A stretch of DNA of 64,000 bases from Chloroflexota bacterium (GCA_963662335.2 CAXXVD010000005.1:480001-544000); one strand, 5' to 3'. Positions 1-11,371 are shown, numbered from the stretch's first letter. The notes: generated by a model from the sequence alone, not told the origin. Program-made: numbers and translations.

Positions 1-117
1 AATTCACTTGCGATTGTCGATGAGAAAGCCGAATCTCATGGCGTTTCCTGTGCGCGGCGGGGCGTCACTCTCGCGCTCTAGTATACAGAACTGCTTGCAA
101 AGCTACCACAATGCCGC

Positions 118-1149
118 CTACGAAAATGCAGGGGCGTCGAGTTCGTCGCGGGGCGCGCGCTCCAGCAGTTCCGCCGCCGCTTGGGTCACCGTAGTGCCGC
201 TAAAGAGCACGTTGTACAGCAACTCGGTGATCGGCAGTTCCACGTCCAAGCGCCGCGCCAGGCCTACGGCGGCGCGGGTGGTGGGCACGCCCTCGGCCAC
301 GTTGGTCATTGATGACAGAATGTCATCAAGAGGCTTTCCTTGCGCCAGTTGCTCGCCGACGTGCCGGTTGCGGCTCTGCCGGCTGGCGCAGGTTGCCATG
401 AGGTCGCCCAGGCCGGCCAAGCCCGCGAACGTGAGCGGCTGCGCGCCCATGGCCACGCCCAGCCGCGCCATTTCGGCCACGCCGCGGGTCAGCAGCGCCG
501 CCTTGGCGTTGTCGCCCAGACCCAAGCCGTCGCAGATGCCGGCCACGATCGCCATCACGTTCTTCAGCGCCCCGCCCAACTCGACGCCGGCAACGTCGCC
601 GCTGGTGTAGATGCGAAAGCGCGGCAGCATGAGCAGCGCCCGCGCCTGCCGGGTGAGGGCGGCGTCGGTCCCGGCGAGCACCGCGGCCGCGGGGCGGCCC
701 TCGGCAATCTCGCGGGCCAGGTTTGGGCCGGAGAGCGCCAACACCATACCGGGCGGGAGTTCCGTCAGTTCATCCCGTATCAGCGCCGACATGGTCGCGC
801 CGCTCGCGACGTCCAGGCCTTTTGTGGCGGAGACTAGCGCGAAGTCAGCCGAGTTCGCCGCCAGCGCGCGCAACTGCGGCGCAAGCCAGCGGAGATTCCG
901 GCGCATCGCTTCGGAGGGAACCACCAGCAGTACCAAGCTGCAATCCGCCAGCGCCTCCACCGGGTCGCTCATAATCTGCACGGCAGGGGGTATCGGCACG
1001 CCCGGCAAGAAGCGCCTGTTCTCGCCCGCCCGCCGCAATGCCGCTGCCTCGCCGCCGTCGCGGGCAAGCCAGCGGACGGCGCGGCCCGCCTGCGCCAGTT
1101 GCACCGCCAACGTGGTGCCCCACGTGCCTGTGCCGACAATCGTAATCAC
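118..1149 (-). CDS. gpsA: NAD(P)H-dependent glycerol-3-phosphate dehydrogenase
   Basis: GTGTWGT Rossmann motif, SATKG, LSGPNLA, GGALKNVMAI, GLAGLGDL..TC.S..SRN, VAEGV motifs. Confidence 0.95.
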   Translation of the reverse strand: MITIVGTGTWGTTLAVQLAQAGRAVRWLARDGGEAAALRRAGENRRFLPGVPIPPAVQIMSDPVEALADCSLVLLVVPSEAMRRNLRWLAPQLRALAANSADFALVSATKGLDVASGATMSALIRDELTELPPGMVLALSGPNLAREIAEGRPAAAVLAGTDAALTRQARALLMLPRFRIYTSGDVAGVELGGALKNVMAIVAGICDGLGLGDNAKAALLTRGVAEMARLGVAMGAQPLTFAGLAGLGDLMATCASRQSRNRHVGEQLAQGKPLDDILSSMTNVAEGVPTTRAAVGLARRLDVELPITELLYNVLFSGTTVTQAAAELLERAPRDELDAPAFS

Positions 1150-1176
1150 GGCATCTCTTCGCTGTCCGGCTGCCCC

Positions 1177-2133
<957 letters not shown>

Positions 2134-2208
2134 CTATGAATTTGCATCCTATGCTACGCGCGTGCCCGAAAGACGAGAGGAATCCCACCCCATGATAGCA
2201 GAGGCATC

Positions 2209-3243
2209 ATGATCAGGCTTGAAGACCTCGACTACGCGCTGCCGCCGGACTACATTGCGCAACACCCGTGCGAGCCGCGCGACGCGGCGCGCTTGCTGGT
2301 ATACCGGCGGGGCGCCGGTGACATTCAACATAGCCGGGTCGCTAGTCTAAGCGAGTTTCTGCAACCGGGCGACCTGCTGGTGGCCAACGATACCCGCGTG
2401 ATGCCGGCGCGGCTCATTGGCAAACGGGAACTCAGCGGCGGCAAGGTCGAGGCGCTCGTATTGCGTCCACACGAGCACGGCTGGTGGGAGGCCCTTGTCC
2501 GGCCCTCGCAGCGTCTCAAGTCCGGCGTCCGCATCGTGCTGGAGAGCGCGGACGGCAAGAACCGGGACGTCGTCGAGGTTGGCGAGCGGCTGCCCCACGG
2601 CAAGCGGCTCGTGCGCTTTCACGCAGACCCCACCGCCGTCATCGAGCGCCACGGCGCGCTGCCGCTCCCGCCGTACATCCGCGAACCGCTGGCGGACCCG
2701 GACCGCTACCAGACCACCTACGCCCGCGTGCAAGGCTCCGCCGCCGCGCCCACCGCCGGGCTCCACTTCACGCCCCGGCTCATCCAGGAAATCGAGGCAT
2801 ACGGCGCGCGCTTCGCCTTCATCACGCTCCACGTCGGCCTGGACACCTTCCAGCCCATCCGGGAAGCAGACCCGCTCCAACACGCCATTCATCGCGAATA
2901 CGTGGAAGTGCCCTTGGAAACGGCGAGCCTGATTCAAGAGACCAAAGCGCGCGGCAAGAGAGTGATCGCGGTCGGCACAACCAGCGTACGCGCCCTGGAG
3001 AGCGCCGCCGGCGCGCCGGGTTTCGTGCGGCCTTACACCGGCGAGACGAGCCTCTATATCTACCCCGGCTACACGTTCCGCGTCGTGGACGGCATCATGA
3101 CGAACTTCCACCTGCCCCGCTCGACCCTACTGCTGCTCGTGGCGGCGTTTGTCGGCCTGGACGAACTGAAGCGCATCTACCAAACCGCGATTGACGAAAG
3201 ATACCGCTTCTACAGCTTCGGCGACGCCAGCCTGCTGCTCTAA
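2209..3243 (+). CDS. queA: S-adenosylmethionine:tRNA ribosyltransferase-isomerase
   Basis: IAQHP, NDTRVMPARL, PLPPYI, YQTTYA, AAPTAGLHF, VGTTSVRALE, TNFHLPRSTL, YRFYSFGD. Confidence 0.97.
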   Translation: MIRLEDLDYALPPDYIAQHPCEPRDAARLLVYRRGAGDIQHSRVASLSEFLQPGDLLVANDTRVMPARLIGKRELSGGKVEALVLRPHEHGWWEALVRPSQRLKSGVRIVLESADGKNRDVVEVGERLPHGKRLVRFHADPTAVIERHGALPLPPYIREPLADPDRYQTTYARVQGSAAAPTAGLHFTPRLIQEIEAYGARFAFITLHVGLDTFQPIREADPLQHAIHREYVEVPLETASLIQETKARGKRVIAVGTTSVRALESAAGAPGFVRPYTGETSLYIYPGYTFRVVDGIMTNFHLPRSTLLLLVAAFVGLDELKRIYQTAIDERYRFYSFGDASLLL

Positions 3244-3290
3244 GCGCCTGAATGCGATCTCCTCGGAGAGTGCGGACATTCCAGCAGAAG

Positions 3291-3378
3291 CCGTTCGTGC
3301 TGAGCCTGTCGAAGCATGAACTGCTATCCGCCAACGTACGGCGGCAACGCTCACCCTTCGACAGGCTCAGGGCGAACG
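3291..3378. repeat. Family A palindromic repeat pair (CCGTTCGTGCTGAGC..GTCGAAGCATGAAC / inverted arm), REPIN/MITE-like
   Basis: Two inverted ~31-bp arms between convergent queA and pcrA; same arms recur at ~9.9, 11.5, 25.4, 27.1 and 32.0 kb. Confidence 0.8.
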
Positions 3379-3422
3379 TTGCCCGAGCAGACAAGCCAAT
3401 CGTCAACACGCACGTGGGGCGG

Positions 3423-5618
3423 CTACGCCAGCTTCTCCAGCGGGGCGAATGAGGCGGAGAGGCGCTTGATGCCAATATCAGGAAAGACAACGGTCACCTC
3501 TTCATCGAAGTCGGTGATCTTGCCGCTCACCACCGTCCCTTCGCCAAAGGCCGCGTGCCGCACGCGCTCGCCGTCGCGGAACTTTCGTTCGTCCGCGTCA
3601 CGCTTGCGCGGGGGACGGGCTGCGGCTTGCGACCCTTGCCAGGCGGCCTCCACCGGCGGCTGGGCCTGCACAGTCGGCCCGGTCACCAGTTCCGGCGGCA
3701 ATTCGGTGATGAAGCGGGAAGGAATTCGTCCCAGCGATTGGCTGCTGTAGCGGCGCGCCGCGTAGAGCAGGTGAAGCCGCTCCTTGGCGCGGGTGAGGGC
3801 CACGTAGCAGAGCCGCCGCTCTTCCGCCATCTGTTCGGGATCATCGAACGAGCGGATGTGCGGAAAGAGTTCTTCCTCCATGCCCGTCACGAACACCGCC
3901 GGGAACTCCAGCCCCTTGGCGTTGTGCATCGTCATGAGGGTCAGCCCCCCGTCCGCCTCCATGCGGTCCACGTCGGCCACCAGCGTTGCCTCGTGCAGGA
4001 AGTAGCCCACGCCTTCGGGCGGCTCGAGGCTGTCGAAGCGCGCGGCGGCGGCAACCAACTCGTCCAGGTTCTCCTCCCGCTCAATCGCCTCTTCGACATT
4101 CTCGTTCTTGCGGACGTGTTCCAGATAGCCGCTCTCCCGTATCACCACCTTGACAAACGCGCTCAACGTCTGGCGCTCCATCTCCTGGCGCAAGACGCTC
4201 AACAAACGGCCGAGATTCTCCAGGGCGGCCCGCGCCCGGGCCGTCACCGGCAACGGCTCCTCGATCTCGCCCGCCCCCAGGCGCAGCAGCGCCGCGGCCG
4301 GCGGCGCGCCTTGCATCTCCGACCAGAGCATGAGCGCCGCCAGCGTCTTGGCGCCAATGCCGCGCGGCGGCATATTCACGATGCGCCCAAAGCTCACGCT
4401 GTCGTTCAAATTGTAGACCACGCGCAAGTAGGCGAGCGTGTCCTTTACCTCCCGCCGTTGGTAGAAGGCCACGCCGCCCACCAACTGATAGGGAATGCCG
4501 AAGTGCACCAGCGCGTCCTCCAGCGCCCGCGACTGGGCGTTGGTGCGGTACATCACGACGCAGTCGCGCAGGCCCAGGCCCTCGTCTTGCAAGCGGCGCA
4601 CGCCATTGACCACCAGGCGCGCTTCATCCTCTTCGTCCAGCGCCGGCATCACCACCAGCGGCGCGCCCTGCCCCTGGGTCGTCCAGAGCCGCTTTTCGCG
4701 GCGGTGCGGCAGGCGGCTGATAATGCCGTGGGCGGCATCCAGGATGTTCTGGGTGGAACGATAGTTCTGTTCCAGCTTGACGACGGCGGCGTCGGGGTAC
4801 TCGCGCTCGAAATTGAGGATATTGCGCACGTCGGCGCCGCGCCAACTGTAGATGCCCTGGTCGTCGTCGCCCACCACGCAGATGTTGCGGTACTTGGACG
4901 CCAGCAGCCGCACCAACTCATACTGGGCGTGATTCGTGTCCTGGTACTCATCCACCATGATGTAGCGGAAGCGTTCCTGGTAGTGCTCCAGCACGTCGGG
5001 GTGCTCGCGCAGGATGCGCACCGCGAACATGATGAGGTCGTTGAAGTCAAGCGCGTTTGCCTTGCGCAGCGTCTCCTGATAGCGCCGGTACACCCTGGCG
5101 GCGGCCTCCTCGAACGGCCCCTGCGCGTGCTCGGCAAACTGGTGCGCCGTAATGAGTTCGTCCTTGGCGCGGGAGATGGCGTTCAAGACCGCGCGCGGAC
5201 TGAGGCTCTTTTCGCCGATGCCCAGCGACTTGAGCGTCTCTTTCACCACCGCCAACTGGTCGGCGTCGTCGTAGATGGTGAAGCCTTCTTCCCAGCCCAG
5301 CCGCCGCAATTCACGGCGCAACATGCGCGAGCAGAAGGCGTGAAAGGTGCTCACGTGCACGTTTTCGCCAATGGGTCCGACCAGTTCCCGCACCCGCTCC
5401 CGCATCTCCCCGGCGGCCTTGTTCGTGAAGGTGACGCCCAGGATCTGCCACACCGGCACGCGCTCGGCGAGCATGAGGTACGCGATCCGGTGGACGATCA
5501 CGCGCGTCTTGCCGGATCCCGCGCCGGCCAGGATGAGCACCGGCCCGGCCGTGGTCGCGACCGCGCGCTGCTGCGGCTCGTTGAGATTTGCCAACAGAGA
5601 ATCCGGATTGGTGACCAT
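3423..5618 (-). CDS. pcrA: ATP-dependent DNA helicase PcrA/UvrD
   Basis: AGAGSGKT, TFTNKAA, VDEYQDTN, VGDDDQGIYSWRGA, LEQNYRST, YRTNAQSR, TMHNAKGLEF, EERRLCYVALTRA, C-terminal Tudor (VRHAAFGEG); start trimmed to MVTNPD. Confidence 0.95.
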   Translation of the reverse strand: MVTNPDSLLANLNEPQQRAVATTAGPVLILAGAGSGKTRVIVHRIAYLMLAERVPVWQILGVTFTNKAAGEMRERVRELVGPIGENVHVSTFHAFCSRMLRRELRRLGWEEGFTIYDDADQLAVVKETLKSLGIGEKSLSPRAVLNAISRAKDELITAHQFAEHAQGPFEEAAARVYRRYQETLRKANALDFNDLIMFAVRILREHPDVLEHYQERFRYIMVDEYQDTNHAQYELVRLLASKYRNICVVGDDDQGIYSWRGADVRNILNFEREYPDAAVVKLEQNYRSTQNILDAAHGIISRLPHRREKRLWTTQGQGAPLVVMPALDEEDEARLVVNGVRRLQDEGLGLRDCVVMYRTNAQSRALEDALVHFGIPYQLVGGVAFYQRREVKDTLAYLRVVYNLNDSVSFGRIVNMPPRGIGAKTLAALMLWSEMQGAPPAAALLRLGAGEIEEPLPVTARARAALENLGRLLSVLRQEMERQTLSAFVKVVIRESGYLEHVRKNENVEEAIEREENLDELVAAAARFDSLEPPEGVGYFLHEATLVADVDRMEADGGLTLMTMHNAKGLEFPAVFVTGMEEELFPHIRSFDDPEQMAEERRLCYVALTRAKERLHLLYAARRYSSQSLGRIPSRFITELPPELVTGPTVQAQPPVEAAWQGSQAAARPPRKRDADERKFRDGERVRHAAFGEGTVVSGKITDFDEEVTVVFPDIGIKRLSASFAPLEKLA

Positions 5619-5816
5619 AGGGATAATTTCGCGCAACGACAGAGAGGCGCCAGCCAAGAAGAGTGGAAGAAGAGAGGCGCGTCTCACCCGCCTCCCGTAG
5701 GATTGTATCATCGTCTCGGCCGTCGCGCACCTGGCCTCGGTCTCAGTTCGCGGAATCCGGCAGATGCCAGTGTCCCTAATTCCTAGCAACTTTCTAGGAA
5801 ATACAGCCAAATCAGA

Positions 5817-5848
5817 TTGACTCGCCCTCAGAGGTTTAGGTACCTTAA
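5817..5848 (+). promoter_or_regulatory. Putative promoter (TTGACT-N18-TACCTT) with overlapping palindrome TTAGGTACCTTAA upstream of iron ABC operon
   Basis: AT-rich patch in divergent pcrA/iron-transporter intergenic region; palindrome core repeated at 8721-8733. Confidence 0.4.
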
Positions 5849-6040
5849 CTGCGACACAGGCAGTTGAATAAACTTGCAGCGCTATGTGCGCGGAGCGAGA
5901 GGCGTCATCGCCCCCGCGCGTCTGCGGCATTCGCTGAATTGCCTGCTAGCTGACACGTGTGCCCCGAGGCCCCGCCGCGCACGACAGTAGTCAAACAGTA
6001 TGCAGCCTGGCTGCATGGAAAGGAATCATTTGCCGTGCGC

Positions 6041-7084
6041 ATGAATCGTCGTACCCTTCTCAAGTCGTCACTGGCGTTGGCGCCGGTTGCGCTTGGGGCA
6101 GCCTGCGGGAGAGTGTCAGTCACTACCGGCGAGGACGCGGACACGCCCGCGGCCGAGCCGTCCACGCTTACCGTCTATTCCGGTCGCAACGAAAACCTCG
6201 TCGGGCCGCTTCTGGAGCAGTTCGCGCAGGATACCGGCACGGAAATCCAGGTCAAGTACGGCGGCGGCGCCGAAATCGCGGCGACCATCCTGGAGGAAGG
6301 CGACAATAGCCCCGCGGACGTGTTCTACGCCCAGGACGCCGGCGCGTTGGGCGCGCTGCAAGCCGAAAACCGCCTGGCCCCGCTGCCGGACTCAATCCTC
6401 GACGCGGTCGAACCCCGCTTCCGCTCGCCGCAGGGTCTCTGGGTCGGCGCTTCCGGCCGCGCCCGCGTGGTGGTGTACAATACGGAGAGCGTGCAACCGG
6501 CGGACCTGCCGCCTTCGGTGCTGAACTTCGTGGAACCGGCGTGGAAAGGCCGCATCGGCTGGGCGCCGACCAACGGCTCGTTCCAGGCGTTCGTCACCGC
6601 CATGCGCGTGACGCTGGGCGAAGACCGGACCCGCGCCTGGTTGGAAGGCATCAAGGCCAACGAGCCAAAGGTCTATCCCAAGAACACGCCCACGGTGCAG
6701 GCCGCCGTGGACGGAGAAATCCATGCCGGGTTCGTTAACCACTACTACCTCTTCCGCATTCGCGCCGAGCAGGGCGCCGTGCCGGCGGAGAACTACTTCC
6801 CGCCCAACGGGGACCTGGGTTCGCTGGTCAACGTGGCCGGCGCGGGCGTGATTGCGGGCGCGCGAAACGTGGCGGCCGCCGAGGAGTTCGTGGCCTACCT
6901 GCTCTCGCAGCCGGCCCAGGAGTACTTCTCTGAGAGCACCTATGAGTACCCCCTGGCCCATGGCGTGGCCGCCCATCCGGATCTGCCGCCGCTCGCAGCT
7001 ATCGAGACGCCGGACATCGATCTCAGCGACCTGGCCGACTTGCGCGGCACGCTGGAACTCCTGCAAGACGTGGGACTGATCTAG
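6041..7084 (+). CDS. Fe(3+) ABC transporter substrate-binding lipoprotein (FutA/FbpA-like), Tat signal
   Basis: MNRRTLLK twin-arginine signal with AACG lipobox; YSGR, SPADVFYAQDAG, APTNGSFQAF, VNHYY iron-ligand tyrosines, YEYP. Confidence 0.9.
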   Translation: MNRRTLLKSSLALAPVALGAACGRVSVTTGEDADTPAAEPSTLTVYSGRNENLVGPLLEQFAQDTGTEIQVKYGGGAEIAATILEEGDNSPADVFYAQDAGALGALQAENRLAPLPDSILDAVEPRFRSPQGLWVGASGRARVVVYNTESVQPADLPPSVLNFVEPAWKGRIGWAPTNGSFQAFVTAMRVTLGEDRTRAWLEGIKANEPKVYPKNTPTVQAAVDGEIHAGFVNHYYLFRIRAEQGAVPAENYFPPNGDLGSLVNVAGAGVIAGARNVAAAEEFVAYLLSQPAQEYFSESTYEYPLAHGVAAHPDLPPLAAIETPDIDLSDLADLRGTLELLQDVGLI

Positions 7085-7099
7085 CCGCGGAAAGGACAC

Positions 7100-8746
7100 A
7101 TGGCGACTTCGTCGAAGACGGGGCTCCTTGGGGCGCTGAACGAAGCGCTGCAAGGCGGCCGGCGGACTTTGCGGTCTGCCGGCCCGCCGCTGCCTCTCCT
7201 GGCGCTGAGCGGCGTGGTGGCAATTGGCATCATGCTGCCGCTCGCCTACCTGGCGCTGCGGGCGGCCGGCGCCGGCGATGAACTCTGGCGTCTGCTCTTG
7301 CGGCCGCGCACCGCGCTCATTCTCTTCAATAGCGTCGCCCTGGCCGCCGCGGTAACCGCCGGCGCCGTCGCCATCTCCGTGCCGCTGGCCTGGCTGGTGG
7401 CGCGCAGCGACCTGCCCTGGCGGCGCGCCTGGACAGGACTCCTGATCGTCCCCCTGGCCGTGCCCAGCTACGTGGGCGGCTTCGTGCTCATCGGTGCATT
7501 GGGGCCGCGCGGGATGCTGCAACGCCTGCTGGAGCCACTCGGCGTGGAGCGCCTGCCGGAAATCTACGGCTTTGGCGGCGCCTGGCTTTCGCTCACGCTC
7601 TTCACCTATCCCTACGTCTTCCTCGTCGTGCGCGCAGCCCTGCAAGGCATGGATCCCGCCCTGGAGGAGGCCTCGCGCAGCCTGGGACAGAGCGGCTGGA
7701 CCACGTTCCGCCGCATAACCCTGCCCCAACTGCGGCCGGCGATCGCCGCCGGCGGCTTGCTGGTGGCGCTCTACACCCTCAGCGACTTCGGCGCGGTCTC
7801 GCTGCTCCAGTTCGACACGTTTACCCGCGTTATCTATGTGCACTACCAAGGCTCGTTCGACCGGCACCTTGCCGCCGGCCTGGCGCTGGTGCTCGTTGTC
7901 ATCACGTTGCTGGTCCTCACCTTGGAGCAGCGGAGCCGGGGGCGCGCCGACCACTACGGCAGCCCGCGCGGCGGCCGGTCGTCCGCCCAGGGCCGCGTAC
8001 CGCTGGGCAGATGGCGGCTGCCGGCAAGCGTCCTCTGCCTGGGCGTCGTCTTGCTCGCGGTCGTCATGCCCGCGCTCACGGTCGGCTACTGGCTGCTGCG
8101 CAGCGTGGCGCACACGCCGAACTTCAGCGCGCTGCCCGGCCTGGCGTGGAATACGCTGTGGGTCTCCGCCGCGGCGGGATTCTTGGCGGTAGCGCTGGCC
8201 CTGCCGGTGGCGTACCTTACCGCGCGCTACCCCCGCCGCCTCACGCGCCCCTTCGAATACGCCGTCTATCTTGGCTACGGCTTACCCGGCATCGTCATCG
8301 CCCTCTCGCTGGTCTTCTTTGGCGCGAATGTCGCGCCCGGCATCTACCAGACGTTCTACCTGCTGATCGCGGCGTACTTGATCCGCTTCTTGCCGCAAGC
8401 GTACGGCAATCTCCGCGCCTCCATCCTGCAGGTGCACCCGGCGCTGGAGGAAGCCTCCCGCAGCCTGGGCCGCTCCTGGTTCGGCACGCTGCGCGCCGTC
8501 ACGTTGCCGCTGGTGCGCGGCGGCGCCACCGCGGGCGGCATCTTGGTCTTCATCACCACGCTCAAGGAACTTCCCATCACCCTCTTGCTGGGGCCAATCG
8601 GCTTCAAGACGCTGGCCACGGAAGTGTGGTCGCTGACCGCGGAAGGGTTCTTTGCCGCCGCCGCGCCCGTGATTCTCGTGCTGCTGGGCGTTTCCCTCCT
8701 CCCCACCTTGCTTTTGCAGGTAAGGTACCTTAATATAGACGCATGA
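7100..8746 (+). CDS. Fe(3+) ABC transporter permease
   Basis: Two EEASRSLG EAA loops, PLAVPSYV, SDFG, KELP; hydrophobic; operonic with SBP and ATPase. Confidence 0.92.
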   Translation: MATSSKTGLLGALNEALQGGRRTLRSAGPPLPLLALSGVVAIGIMLPLAYLALRAAGAGDELWRLLLRPRTALILFNSVALAAAVTAGAVAISVPLAWLVARSDLPWRRAWTGLLIVPLAVPSYVGGFVLIGALGPRGMLQRLLEPLGVERLPEIYGFGGAWLSLTLFTYPYVFLVVRAALQGMDPALEEASRSLGQSGWTTFRRITLPQLRPAIAAGGLLVALYTLSDFGAVSLLQFDTFTRVIYVHYQGSFDRHLAAGLALVLVVITLLVLTLEQRSRGRADHYGSPRGGRSSAQGRVPLGRWRLPASVLCLGVVLLAVVMPALTVGYWLLRSVAHTPNFSALPGLAWNTLWVSAAAGFLAVALALPVAYLTARYPRRLTRPFEYAVYLGYGLPGIVIALSLVFFGANVAPGIYQTFYLLIAAYLIRFLPQAYGNLRASILQVHPALEEASRSLGRSWFGTLRAVTLPLVRGGATAGGILVFITTLKELPITLLLGPIGFKTLATEVWSLTAEGFFAAAAPVILVLLGVSLLPTLLLQVRYLNIDA

Positions 8747-9792
8747 GCATAAATGAAGTCGCAATCCGCTGCAAGAACATCACGAAGCGTTTCGGTTCGG
8801 TGGTGGCGGTAGACCGGGTTGACCTCACCGTTGCGCCCGGCGAGTTCCTTGGCCTGCTGGGGCCCAGCGGCTGCGGCAAGACGACGTTTCTCCGGCTCCT
8901 TGCCGGATTCGAAGCGCCTGATACCGGCACGATTGAAATCGGCGGCGTGCGCGTTGCCGGCCCCAGGCGCTGGATCCTGCCGGAACGGCGGCGCGTCGGC
9001 ATGGTCTTCCAGGACTACGCGCTCTTTCCCCACATGACGGTGGCCGAAAACGTGGCCTATGGCGTGCGCAAGTGGCCCAATCGGCGCGAGCAGGTCGGCA
9101 ACGTGCTGCGCCTGGTCGGTTTGGAAAACCTCCGCGAGCGGCTGCCGGGCGAACTCTCCGGCGGGCAGCAGCAGCGCGTGGCGCTCGCCCGCGCCCTGGC
9201 CCCGGAACCCGACGTGATCCTGCTGGACGAACCCTTCTCCAACTTGGACGTCGCCTTGCGCGCGCGCATTCGCGCTGAGACGCAGGAGATTCTTGCCCGC
9301 GCCGGCGCCACCGTCATCTTCGTCACCCACGATCAAGAGGAGGCGCTCAGCCTGGCCGACCGGGTGGCCGTCATGTGGGACGGCCGCATCGCCCAGGTGG
9401 GCGCGCCGGCGGAACTCTACCGCAAACCGGCCTGCCGGGAAGTCGCTGAATTCGTGGGCGGCGCAAATTTCCTCTATGCCCGCGCCGCCAACGGCCATGC
9501 GGATTGCGCGCTGGGCCGCTTCTCAACCAACGGCGCCGCGCACAACGGCGAACTCGACCTCATGTTTCGCCCGGAGGACATCGCCCTGAGCGCGGCTCCG
9601 GACGGCGCGTCGCAGGTGGTGGACGCCACGTTCTTCGGCCATGACAGCACCGTGACGATTCGCCTGGAAACCGGCGAACACGTCCAGGCGCGCCTGCTGG
9701 GCGCGCCGCTGGCGCCGGGTACCCGCGTCCACTGCCAGGTGACGGCTGAACCGCGCACCTTCGCGCGTCAACCTCAATCAGCGCCGGCATGA
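8743..9792 (+). CDS. Fe(3+) ABC transporter ATP-binding protein
   Basis: GPSGCGKT, LSGGQQQRVALARA, LLDEPFSNLD, VTHDQEEA, C-terminal TOBE-like region; ATGA overlap with permease. Confidence 0.93.
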   Translation: MSINEVAIRCKNITKRFGSVVAVDRVDLTVAPGEFLGLLGPSGCGKTTFLRLLAGFEAPDTGTIEIGGVRVAGPRRWILPERRRVGMVFQDYALFPHMTVAENVAYGVRKWPNRREQVGNVLRLVGLENLRERLPGELSGGQQQRVALARALAPEPDVILLDEPFSNLDVALRARIRAETQEILARAGATVIFVTHDQEEALSLADRVAVMWDGRIAQVGAPAELYRKPACREVAEFVGGANFLYARAANGHADCALGRFSTNGAAHNGELDLMFRPEDIALSAAPDGASQVVDATFFGHDSTVTIRLETGEHVQARLLGAPLAPGTRVHCQVTAEPRTFARQPQSAPA

Positions 9793-9872
9793 CTAGGCCG
9801 GACGGCGTAAGGAATTGCTCACCACAGCCTTGTCAGGTTACAAATGCGGGAAGAAAGTATACGCCAAGCTCT

Positions 9873-10050
9873 CCGTTCGTGCTGAGCTTGTCGAAGCATG
9901 AGCGGAGAAGAGAGTGGTGAAAGCGTTCCCGTTTCTCCGCCGTTCACCGTTCGTGCTGAGCTTGTCGATGCATGAACGGAGAGAGGCGTGTGGAGAATTT
10001 TGACCCGCTTCCTCCGCCGTTCGCCCTTCGACGCTGCTCAGGGCGCACGG
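9873..10050. repeat. Family A palindromic repeat cluster (three arms)
   Basis: Direct arms at 9873-9905 and 9947-9980, inverted arm at ~10017-10050. Confidence 0.8.
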
Positions 10051-10122
10051 CTTAGTGACGCTGTTCTTCGTTTGGGTGCTCAATTTCACCTTTGCTAAAG
10101 GCGGGAATCCCCTTACCGGCCC

Positions 10123-11280
10123 ATGGCACCGTATGACTGCGCCGCCCTGCGCGAAGCCATTCCAATTCTCCGTGACCGGGTTTATCTCAACACCGGCACG
10201 GAAGGCGTGCTCGCCGAACCGGTGCTCGCGGCGTACCAAGCGGCCATCGCCCGCCAGGAGCGTGAAGGCCACGTAGCGTTGGAGTGGCGCTACGCGGAAC
10301 TGGAATCCGCGCGCGCGGCGGTGGCGCGTTTGCTCAATGCGCACACCGATACGATTGCCTTCACCCGCAACGCCACCGACGGGCACAACCTTGTGCTGGA
10401 GGGCTTTGGCTGGCTGCCGGGGGACGAACTCCTGATCTCAGACCAGGAGCATCCCGCCTTGACCCATCCGGCCGCATATCTCGCGGACCGGAGCGGGCCG
10501 GTGGTGCGCGTCTTTACCGTTGACCCCGACCCGCGCGTCACGCTGCGGAACGTGCGGGAGCGCCTGAGCGCCAGCACGCGCTTCATCGCGTTCAGCCACG
10601 TAAGCTGCGAGAGCGGCATCCGGCTGCCCGCCAAGGAAATCTGCCGCCTGGCCTACGACCTCGGCGCGTGGTCGCTGGTGGACGGCGCGCAGTCCCTGGG
10701 GGCGATTCCCGTAGACGTGGCAGACCTGGGCTGCGACTTCTTCGTCAGCAACGGGCACAAGTGGCTCTGCGGCCCCAAGGAGACCGGCATCTTCTACGTG
10801 CACCCCGACCAGCGCGAAACCCTTGATGTGAGCGCAGTCGGGGCCGGCACGTTCGACCGCTTCACGTGGCGCGGCGAGAAGTTCGACTACGACCTGAAAC
10901 CGTCGGCGCGGCGCTTCGAGTTCGGCACCCGCAACCAAGCCGCGTACACCGGCCTGCGCAGCGCAATCGCCTGGTTGGAAGAACTGGGCATTGAGAATGT
11001 CTACGCGCACGTGCGGGGCCTCGTTCGGCAGGCGCGTGAGATTCTGGAGCAGACACCCGGCGTCACGGTGCTCACGCCGCGAGCCGCCGCGAAATCGGCC
11101 GGGCTCATCACGTTCAACCTGGACGGCCGGGAGCCGGCGGACGTCGCGCGCGCTCTCTGGCGCCAAGGCGTCATCACGCGCCACACCACCACGCCGCCCG
11201 GCATCCGCGCCTCGGCCGCGTACTTCAACACCGCGCGGGACTTCGAGCGGCTGGCGGCGGCGCTGCGCTCGCTCGACTGA
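10123..11280 (+). CDS. Class V PLP-dependent aminotransferase (cysteine desulfurase/selenocysteine lyase-like)
   Basis: YLNTG, FTRNATDG, QEHP, SHV, VDGAQSLG, NGHKWLCGP (PLP lysine), RFEFGT; substrate unknown. Confidence 0.85.
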   Translation: MAPYDCAALREAIPILRDRVYLNTGTEGVLAEPVLAAYQAAIARQEREGHVALEWRYAELESARAAVARLLNAHTDTIAFTRNATDGHNLVLEGFGWLPGDELLISDQEHPALTHPAAYLADRSGPVVRVFTVDPDPRVTLRNVRERLSASTRFIAFSHVSCESGIRLPAKEICRLAYDLGAWSLVDGAQSLGAIPVDVADLGCDFFVSNGHKWLCGPKETGIFYVHPDQRETLDVSAVGAGTFDRFTWRGEKFDYDLKPSARRFEFGTRNQAAYTGLRSAIAWLEELGIENVYAHVRGLVRQAREILEQTPGVTVLTPRAAAKSAGLITFNLDGREPADVARALWRQGVITRHTTTPPGIRASAAYFNTARDFERLAAALRSLD

Positions 11281-11371
11281 AAAGCCTTGCCCCGCGCTGA
11301 ACGCGGCGCGCGCCCTTGAATCCCCGCGCGCTTTCTGACACTGTAAAGCTGCGGGCGCGGACGGCTTCCCA

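Noticed and set aside
3555-5786. 743-aa plus-strand ORF, and many similar long antisense or alternative-frame ORFs (e.g. 6392-8113, 21396-22904, 37217-38551, 39198-40601)
   Set aside because: Shadows of well-supported genes on the opposite strand in high-GC DNA; no recognisable motifs.
9873-10050. Repeated ~33-bp units with ~40-bp spacers resembling a CRISPR array
   Set aside because: Units are palindromic, partly inverted and dispersed across the window, spacers are homologous between loci, and no cas genes are present.
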